Origin: Eledone cirrhosa | Lineage: Eukaryota | NCBI GenBank assembly: GCA_964016885.1 | Contig: CAXHJY010001350.1 | Coordinates: forward strand, 1 to 18,000 | DNA length: 18,000 bases | Direction: 5' to 3' | Part shown: positions 8,507 through 18,000 of the stretch, piece after piece | Numbering within the stretch: position 1 is the first letter of the stretch | How the letters are laid out: each line of letters starts with the position of its first letter | The notes under the pieces: model-generated | Databases searched by the model: none | What the model was told of the DNA's origin: nothing | The model's input: only the letters and a program-made list of their open reading frames with translations | Made by a program: the position numbers and the translations under genes

Positions 8507-8539
<33 letters not shown>

Positions 8540-8618
8540 AAGCGTGAGTGATAGAGAGAGAGCAAGCGACAGACACATGTCTCTCTATATTTAAATGGTG
8601 TCTCCCCAAAATGTATAT

Positions 8619-8663
<45 letters not shown>

Positions 8664-8896
8664 GAGAGAGATAGCAAGCTACAGACACATGTCTCTCTCT
8701 ATATATAAATGGTGTCCCCCCAAAATGTATATACAGAGAGAGAGAGAGAGAGATAGCAAGCTACAGACACATACCTCTCTCTCTATATAAATGGTGATCC
8801 CCCAAAATGTATATACAGAGAGAGAGAGAGAGAGAGAGAGCAAGCTACAGACACATATATCTCTCTATATATAAATGGTGTCCCCCCAAAATGTAT

Positions 8897-8939
<43 letters not shown>

Positions 8940-9196
8940 AAGCTACAGACACATATCTCTCTCTCTATATAAATGGTGTCCCCCCAAAATGTATATACAG
9001 GGAGAGAGAGAGAGAGAGGGAGAGAAAGAGAGAGAGAGAGAGAGAGCAAGCTACAGACACATGTCTCTCACTATATATGAATGGTGTCCACCCAAAATGT
9101 ATATACAGAGAGAGAGCGAGAGAGAGAGAGAGATAGCAAGCTACAGACACATATCTCTCTCTCTATATAAATGGTGTCCCCCCAAAATGTATATAC

Positions 9197-9255
<59 letters not shown>

Positions 9256-9316
9256 GAGAGCTAGCTACAGACACATATCTCTCTATCTATATAAATGATG
9301 TTCCCCCAAAATGTAT

Positions 9317-9352
<36 letters not shown>

Positions 9353-9586
9353 CAAGCTACAGACACATATCTCTCTATATATATAAATGGTGTCCCCCCA
9401 AAATGTATAAACAGAGAGAGAGAGAGAGAGATAGCAAACTACAGACACATGTCTCTCTCTATATATAAATGGTGTCCCCCCAAAATGTATATACAGAGAG
9501 AGAGAGAGTGAAAGAGAGAGAGAGAGCAAGCTACAGACACATGTCTCTCTCTATATATAAATGGTATCCCACCAAAATGTATATAC

Positions 9587-9622
<36 letters not shown>

Positions 9623-9777
9623 CAAGCTACAGACACAAGTCTCTCTCTATATATAAATGGTGTCCCCCCAAAATGTATATACAGAGAGAGAGAGAGAGGG
9701 AGAGAAAGAGAGAGAGATAGCAAGCTACAGACATGTGTCTCTCTCTATATATATATGGTGTCCCCCCCAAAATGTAT

Positions 9778-9819
<42 letters not shown>

Positions 9820-10061
9820 CTACAGACACATATCACTCTCTATATAAATGGTGCCCCACAAAAATGTATATACAGAGAGAGAGAGAGAGAGAGAGAGATA
9901 GCAAGCTACAGACACATGTCTCTCTCTATATATAAATGGTGACCCACCAAAATGTATATATATATATAGAGAGAGAGAGAGCGAGAGAGACAGAGAGATA
10001 GCAAGCTACAGACACATGTCTCTCTCTATATATAAATGGTGTCCCCCCAAAATGTATATAC

Positions 10062-10092
<31 letters not shown>

Positions 10093-10155
10093 TAGGATTC
10101 TACAGACACATGTCTCTCTCTATATATAAATGGTGTCCCCCCAAAATGTATATAC

Positions 10156-10196
<41 letters not shown>

Positions 10197-10264
10197 TAGC
10201 AAGCTACAGACACATATCTCTCTCTATATATAAATGGTGTCCCCCCAAAATGTATATACAGAGA

Positions 10265-10306
<42 letters not shown>

Positions 10307-10310
10307 TAGA
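6581..10310 (+). repeat. Composite minisatellite array, segment 2
   Basis: Same core + (AG)n monomers of ~80-150 bp, head to tail. Confidence 0.97.
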
Positions 10311-10760
10311 TTTCTTTATTAGCCACAAGGGCGCAACAAGAAAGGGGACAATACAAAGACATGCCGGGGATTTTACATACAGTCGTGTAAAAAATATAAA
10401 AACAAACAATTTCAACAATCGAAATCCCCAATAGGGGGGAGGCGCCACAAATGGGTTGTTTAATACCCCGCCAATAGAACAACCCTCAACTCGAGGAGCG
10501 TGTTGTGCAAGTGCTCCTTTCTTCCTTTTGCTCTCTTCCTCAACCTACAGGCTTATAAACAGAGAAGGCCCAATCACTCGGGCCATTTTCACTTCATTCA
10601 CCCACCTTTCAGTAAATTTACTGGGGTGCAGTGCCTCTCTCTCCACCCTGATTCTCCTTCTAAAGTGATACTTAAAGAAGGGAATCAATTGTTGTCCGGA
10701 GAGAAAGGCATCTGTCCTCAGTCCTCTCAACCGAGTCCACCATATAACTTCTTTCACCAT
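10311..10760 (-). mobile_element. 5'-truncated Tx1-like retrotransposon, subfamily B, copy 1 (450 bp)
   Basis: Encodes the last 71 aa of ORF2 (50/71 identical to subfamily A by hand alignment), 3' UTR, AATAAA at 10315-10320; flanked by ATAGATAGA (10302-10310 / 10759-10767). Confidence 0.92.
10545..10760 (-). pseudogene. ORF2 C-terminal remnant (71 aa)
   Basis: MVKEVIWWTRLRGLR...GPSLFISL* aligns without gaps to MAKEVVWWTRLKGLR...GPSLYIRL* at 1585-1800. Confidence 0.9.
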
Positions 10761-10774
10761 AGATAGAGATAGAG

Positions 10775-10807
<33 letters not shown>

Positions 10808-10872
10808 TAGCAAGCTAAAGACACATGTCCCTTTCTATATATAAATGGTGTCCCCCCAAAATGTATATACAC

Positions 10873-10916
<44 letters not shown>

Positions 10917-11035
10917 TAGAGATAGATAGATAGAGAGAGAGAGCGATAGAGATAGATAGATAGAGAGAGAGAGAGATAGCAAGCTAAAGACACATGTCCC
11001 TTTCTATATATAAATGGAGTCCCCACAAAATGTAT

Positions 11036-11085
<50 letters not shown>

Positions 11086-11138
11086 CAAGCTACAGACAAA
11101 CGACTCTCTCTATATATAAATGGTGTCCCCACAAAATG

Positions 11139-11175
<37 letters not shown>

Positions 11176-11259
11176 CGAGGGAGAGAGAGAGAGAGAGTGA
11201 TAGCAAGCTACAGACACATATCTCTCTCTATATATAAATGGTGTCCCCCCAAAATGTAT

Positions 11260-11348
<89 letters not shown>

Positions 11349-11434
11349 TAGCAAGCTACAGACACATGTCTCTCTCTATATATAAATGGTGTCCCCCCAA
11401 AATGTATATACAGAGAGAGAGATATAGAGAGAGG

Positions 11435-11467
<33 letters not shown>

Positions 11468-11527
11468 CTGGCTACAGACACATATCACTCTATCTATATA
11501 AATGGTGTCCCCCCAAAATGTATATAC

Positions 11528-11562
<35 letters not shown>

Positions 11563-12230
11563 GAGAGCATGCTACAGACACATGTCTCTCTCTATATATA
11601 AATGGTATCCCACCAAAATGTATATACAGAGAGAGAGAGAGCAAGCTACAGACACATGTCTCTCTCTATATATAAATGGTGTCCCCCCAAAATGTATATA
11701 CAGAGAGAGAGAGAGAGAGAGAGAAAGAGTGAGAGAGAGAGAGAGATAGCAAGTTAAAGACACATATCTCTATCTATATATAAATGGTGTCCCCCCAAAA
11801 TGTATATACAGAGAGAAAGAGAGAGAGGGAGAGAGAGACAGAGAGAGAGACAGATAGAGATAGATATATATATATATATAGAGAGAGATAGCAAGCTAAA
11901 GACACATGTCACTCTCTATATATAAATGGTGTCCCCCAAAATGTATATACAGAGAGACAGAGAGAGAGAAAGAGAGAGAGAGAGAGATAGATAGTTAGAT
12001 AGAGAGAGAGAGAGAGATAGCAAGCTACAGACACAATGTCTCTTTCTATATATAAATGGTGTCCCCCCAAAATGTATATACAGAGAGAAAGAGAGAGAGG
12101 GGGAGAGAGACAGAGAGAGAGACAGATAGAGATAGATATATATATATATAGAGAGAGAGATAGCAAGCTAAAGACACATGTCACTCTCTATATATAAATG
12201 GTGTCCCCCAAAATGTATATACAGAGAGAC

Positions 12231-12269
<39 letters not shown>

Positions 12270-12366
12270 TAGCAAGCGACAGACACATGTCTCTCTCTAT
12301 ATATAAATGGTGTCCCCCCTAAATCTATATACAGAGAGAGAGAGAGAGAGAGAGAGATAGATAGAG

Positions 12367-12400
<34 letters not shown>

Positions 12401-12458
12401 AGCTAGCTACAGACACATATCTCTCTATCTATATAAATGGTGTCCCCCCAAAATGTAT

Positions 12459-12503
<45 letters not shown>

Positions 12504-12778
12504 TAGAGAGATAGCAAGCTACAGACATATATCTCTCTCTATATATAAATGGTGTCCCCCCAAAATGTATATACAGAGGGAGAGAGAGAGAGATAGAGAG
12601 AGAGATAGCAAGCTGCAGACACATGTCTCTCTCTATATATAAATGGTGTCCCCCCAAAATGTATATACAGAGAGTGAGAGAGAGAGGGAGAGAGAGAGAG
12701 AGCGAGAGAGAGAGAGAGCTAGCTACAGACACATATCTCTCTATCTATATAAATGGTGTTCCCCCAAAATGTATATAC

Positions 12779-12832
<54 letters not shown>

Positions 12833-12943
12833 TGAGTGATAGAGAGAGAGCAAGCGACAGACACATGTCTCTCTATATTTAAATGGTGTCTCCCCAAAAT
12901 GTATATACAGAGAGAGAGAGAGGGAGAGAGGGAGAGAGAGAGC

Positions 12944-12977
<34 letters not shown>

Positions 12978-13036
12978 TAGCAAGCTACAGACACATCTCT
13001 CTCTCTATATATAAATGGTGTCCCCCCAAAATGTAT

Positions 13037-13072
<36 letters not shown>

Positions 13073-13218
13073 CAAGCTACAGACACATACCTCTCTCTAT
13101 ATATAAATGGTGTTCCCCCAAAATGTATATACAGAGAGAGAGAGAGAGAGAGAGAGAGCAAGCTACAGACACATATATCTCTCTATATATAAATGGTGTC
13201 CCACCAAAATGTATATAC

Positions 13219-13251
<33 letters not shown>

Positions 13252-13330
13252 AAGCGTGAGTGATAGAGAGAGAGCAAGCGACAGACACATGTCTCTCTAT
13301 ATTTAAATGGTGTCTCCCCAAAATGTATAT

Positions 13331-13366
<36 letters not shown>

Positions 13367-13428
13367 CAAGCTACAGACACATACCTCTCTCTCTATATAT
13401 AAATGGTGATCCCCCAAAATGTATATAC

Positions 13429-13465
<37 letters not shown>

Positions 13466-13520
13466 AAGCTACAGACACATATATCTCTCTATATATAAAT
13501 GGTGTCCCCTCAAAATGTAT

Positions 13521-13582
<62 letters not shown>

Positions 13583-13844
13583 TGCAAGCTACAGACACAT
13601 ATCTCTCTCTCTATATAAATGGTGTCCCCCCAAAATGTATATACAGGGAGAGAGAGAGAGAGAGGGAGAGAAAGAGAGAGAGAGAGAGAGAGAGCAAGCT
13701 ACAGACACATGTCTCTCACTATATATGAATGGTGTCCACCCAAAATGTATATACAGAGAGAGAGCGAGAGAGAGAGAGAGATAGCAAGCTACAGACACAT
13801 ATCTCTCTCTCTATATAAATGGTGTCCCCCCAAAATGTATATAC

Positions 13845-13899
<55 letters not shown>

Positions 13900-13960
13900 G
13901 AGAGCTAGCTACAGACACATATCTCTCTATCTATATAAATGATGTTCCCCCAAAATGTAT

Positions 13961-13991
<31 letters not shown>

Positions 13992-14050
13992 TAGCAAGCT
14001 ACAGACACATATCTCTCTATATATATAAATGGTGTCCCCCCAAAATGTAT

Positions 14051-14086
<36 letters not shown>

Positions 14087-14238
14087 CAAACTACAGACAC
14101 ATGTCTCTCTCTATATATAAATGGTGTCCCCCCAAAATGTATATACAGAGAGAGAGAGAGTGAGAGAGAGAGAGAGAGAGAGCAAGCTACAGACACATGT
14201 CTCTCTCTATATATAAATGGTGTCCCACCAAAATGTAT

Positions 14239-14288
<50 letters not shown>

Positions 14289-14519
14289 CAAGCTACAGAC
14301 ACAAGTCTCTCTCTATATATAAATGGTGTCCCCCCAAAATGTATATACAGAGAGAGAGAGAAAGGGAGAGAGAGAGAGAGAGAGATAGCAAGCTACAGAC
14401 ATGTGTCTCTCTCTATATATATATGGTGTCCCCCCCAAAATGTATATACAGAGAGAGAGAGAGAGATAGCTACAGACACATATCACTCTCTATATAAATG
14501 GTGCCCCACCAAAATGTAT

Positions 14520-14557
<38 letters not shown>

Positions 14558-14901
14558 AGAGATAGCTACAGACACATATCTCTCTCTATATATAAATGGT
14601 GTCCCCCCAAAATGTATATACAGAGAGAGAGAGAGAGAGAGAGATATAGCAAGCTACAGACACATGTCTCTCTCTATATATAAATGGTGACCCACCAAAA
14701 TGTATATACAGAGAGAGAGAGAGAGAGAGCGAGAGAGACAGAGAGATAGCAAGCTACAGACACATGTCTCTCTCTATATATAAATGGTGTCCCCCCAAAA
14801 TGTATATACAGAGAGAGAGAGAGCGAGAGAGAGAGATAGGATTCTACAGACACATGTCTCTCTCTATATATAAATGGTGTCCCCCCAAAATGTATATACA
14901 T

Positions 14902-14934
<33 letters not shown>

Positions 14935-15004
14935 TAGCAAGCTACAGACACATATCTCTCTCTATATATAAATGGTGTCCCCCCAAAATGTATATACAGA
15001 GAGA

Positions 15005-15052
<48 letters not shown>

Positions 15053-15056
15053 TAGA
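10761..15056 (+). repeat. Composite minisatellite array, segment 3
   Basis: Same monomer; diagnostic variants recur in the same order as in segments 1, 2 and 4. Confidence 0.97.
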
Positions 15057-15506
15057 TTTCTTTATTAGCCACAAGGGCGCAACAAGAAAGGGGACAATAC
15101 AAAGACATGCCGGGGATTTTACATACAGTCGTGTAAAAAATATAAAAACAAACAATTTCAACAATCGAAATCCCCAATAGGGGGGAGGCGCCACAAATGG
15201 GTTGTTTAATACCCCGCCGATAGAACAACCCTCAACTCGAGGAGCGTGTTGTGCAAGTGCTCCTTTCTTCCTTTTGCTCTCTTCCTCAACCTACAGGCTT
15301 ATAAACAGAGAAGGCCCAATCACTCGGGCCATTTTCACTTCATTCACCCACCTTTCAGTAAATTTACTGGGGTGCAGTGCCTCTCTCTCAACCCTGATCC
15401 TCCTTCTAAAGTGATACTTAAAGAAGGGAATCAATTGTTGTCCGGAGAGAAAGGCATCTGTCCTCAGTCCTCTCAACCGAGTCCACCATATAACTTCTTT
15501 CACCAT
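15057..15506 (-). mobile_element. 5'-truncated Tx1-like retrotransposon, subfamily B, copy 2 (450 bp)
   Basis: Same ends as copy 1 at offset 4746; three substitutions seen (15219, 15390, 15399); AATAAA at 15061-15066. Confidence 0.92.
15291..15506 (-). pseudogene. ORF2 C-terminal remnant (71 aa), same protein as 10545-10760
   Basis: Identical translation in the ORF track. Confidence 0.9.
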
Positions 15507-15524
15507 AGATAGAGATAGAGATAG

Positions 15525-15558
<34 letters not shown>

Positions 15559-15623
15559 CTAGCAAGCTAAAGACACATGTCCCTTTCTATATATAAATGG
15601 TGTCCCCCCCAAAATGTATATAC

Positions 15624-15683
<60 letters not shown>

Positions 15684-15882
15684 TAGAGATAGATAGATAG
15701 AGAGAGAGAGCGATAGAGATAGATAGATAGAGAGAGAGAGAGATAGCAAGCAAAAGACACATGTCCCTTTCTATATATAAATGGAGTCCCCACAAAATGT
15801 ATATACAGAGAGAGAGAGAGAGAGAGAGATAGCAAGCTACAGACAAACGACTCTCTCTATATATAAATGGTGTCCCAAAATG

Positions 15883-15915
<33 letters not shown>

Positions 15916-15999
15916 CGAGGGAGAGAGAGAGAGAGAGTGATAGCAAGCTACAGACACATATCTCTCTCTATATATAAATGGTGTCCCCCCAAAATGTAT

Positions 16000-16059
<60 letters not shown>

Positions 16060-16146
16060 ATAGCAAGCTACAGACACATGTCTCTCTCTATATATAAATG
16101 GTGTCCCCCCAAAATGTATATACAGAGAGAGAGATATAGAGAGAGG

Positions 16147-16183
<37 letters not shown>

Positions 16184-16243
16184 CTGGCTACAGACACATA
16201 TCACTCTATCTATATAAATGGTGTCCCCCCAAAATGTATATAC

Positions 16244-16278
<35 letters not shown>

Positions 16279-16377
16279 GAGCGAGAGAGAGCGAGAGAGA
16301 GAGAGAGCGAGAGAGAGAGAGCAAGCTACAGACACATGTCTCTCTCTATATATAAATGGTATCCCACCAAAATGTAT

Positions 16378-16434
<57 letters not shown>

Positions 16435-16589
16435 AAGCTACAGACACATGTCTCTCTCTATATATAAATGGTGTCCCCCCAAAATGTATATACAGAGAGA
16501 GAGAGAGAGAGAGAGAAAGAGTGAGAGAGATAGCAAGTTAAAGACACATATCTCTATCTATATATAAATGGTGTCCCCCCAAAATGTAT

Positions 16590-16620
<31 letters not shown>

Positions 16621-16852
16621 TAGTAAGATAGAGAGAGAGAGAGAGATAGCAAGCTACAGACACAATGTCTCTTTCTATATATAAATGGTCCCCCCCCAAA
16701 ATGTATATACAGAGAGAAAGAGAGAGAGGGAGAGAGAGAGAGAGAGATAGAGATAGATATATATATATATGGAGAGAGAGATAGCAAGCTAAAGACACAT
16801 GTCTCTCTCTATATATAAATGGTGTCCCCCAAAATGTATATACAGAGAGACG

Positions 16853-16905
<53 letters not shown>

Positions 16906-16987
16906 GGATAGATAGATAGAGAGAGAGATAGCAAGCGACAGACACATGTCTCTCTCTATATATAAATGGTGTCCCCCCTAAATCTAT

Positions 16988-17055
<68 letters not shown>

Positions 17056-17562
17056 TGCTAGCTACAGACACATATCTCTCTATCTATATAAATGGTGTCC
17101 CCCCCAAAATGTATATACAGAGAGAGAGAGAGAGAGAGCGAGAGAGATAGAGAGATAGCAAGCTACAGACACATATCTCTCTCTATATATAAATGGTGTC
17201 CCCCCAAAATGTATATACAGAGGGAGAGAGAGAGAGATAGAGAGAGAGATAGCAAGCTGCAGACACATGTCTCTCTCTATATATAAATCGTGTCCCCCCA
17301 AAATGTATATACAGAGAGAGAGAGAGAGAGAGAGATAGAGAAAGAGATAGCAAGCTACAGACACATGTCTCTCTCTATGTATAAATGGTGTCCCCCAAAA
17401 ATGTATATACAGAGAGAGAGAGAGAGAGAGAGATAGAGAGAGAGAGATAGAGCAAGAGAGAGAGATAGAGCAAGAGAGAGAGAAAGAGAGAGAGAGAGAA
17501 AGCAAGCTACAGACACATGTCTCTCTCTATATATAAATGGTGTCCCACCAAAATGTATATAC

Positions 17563-17594
<32 letters not shown>

Positions 17595-17845
17595 CACGCT
17601 ACAGACACATGTCTCTCTCTATATATAAATGGTGTCCCCCCAAAATGTATATACAGAGAGAGAGAGAGAGAGAGAGAGATAGCAATCTAAAGACACATAT
17701 CTCTCTCTATATATAAAAGGTGTCCCCCAAAAATGTATATACAGAGAGAGAGAGAGAGAGATAGAGAGATAGAGAGAGAGAGAGAGATAGCAAGCTACAG
17801 ACATTTGTCTCTCTCTATATATAAGTGGTGTCCCCCCAAATGTAT

Positions 17846-17888
<43 letters not shown>

Positions 17889-17952
17889 TAGCAAGCTACA
17901 GACACATGTCTCTCTCTATATATAAATGGTGTCCCCCCAAAATGTATATACC

Positions 17953-17984
<32 letters not shown>

Positions 17985-18000
17985 TAGCTACAGACACATA
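15507..18000 (+). repeat. Composite minisatellite array, segment 4 (runs off the window)
   Basis: Same monomer continues to the last base. Confidence 0.97.

Larger units (their letters stand above)
11230..15970 (+). repeat. One complete higher-order repeat unit (~4.74 kb); neighbours ~530-11230 (with insertion) and 15970->18000
   Basis: Markers: CTGGCTAC 753/11468/16184; GATAGGATTC 10091/14835; AGACAAACGACTC 11094/15841; truncated element 10311/15057. The phase chosen for the boundaries is arbitrary. Confidence 0.88.

Noticed and set aside
10311-15506. The two 450-bp direct repeats as LTRs of one element, or as SINEs
   Set aside because: They are ORF2-end + 3' UTR fragments of a LINE; no TG..CA ends, PBS or pol III head; the interior is satellite and the flanks repeat with the same period.
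288-17894. Dozens of short ORFs with (ER)n or (SL)n and KWCPPK / YIHFGG motifs
   Set aside because: Translations of the satellite in all frames; tail lengths shift frame at random, so there is no coding constraint.
305-18000. CRISPR-like look (constant repeat with variable spacers)
   Set aside because: The 'spacers' are (AG)n/(GATA)n microsatellites, not unique sequence; the repeat is ~64 bp; no cas genes; eukaryotic context.

Overview
Eukaryotic, microsatellite-rich genomic DNA (probably metazoan; organism not determinable here). No host gene is supportable. After ~240 bp of unique AT-rich flank and a (TA)n tract, the window is a head-to-tail composite minisatellite: a ~64-bp conserved core (ATAGCAAGCTACAGACACATGTCTCTCTCTATATATAAATGGTGTCCCCCCAAAATGTATATAC) plus a variable (AG)n/(GATA)n tail, roughly 110-120 monomers, organised into a ~4.7-5.4 kb higher-order repeat seen about 2.5 times. 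It is interrupted by three minus-strand L1/Tx1-type non-LTR retrotransposon copies. One has both ends but is defective (1325-6580: ORF1 with CCHC knuckle and a frameshift; ORF2 with APE endonuclease and RT, no ATG, and an inferred internal deletion; candidate 10-bp TSD). The other two are nearly identical 450-bp 5'-truncated copies of a second, diverged subfamily (10311-10760, 15057-15506). Both subfamilies sit in the same orientation in the (GATA)n patch of a monomer tail and share covarying 3'-UTR stem-loops. The best candidate 'system' is a sequence-specific, (GATA)n/(GA)n- or satellite-targeting Tx1-like lineage living inside this array. Nearly all short ORFs in the track are repeat artefacts.
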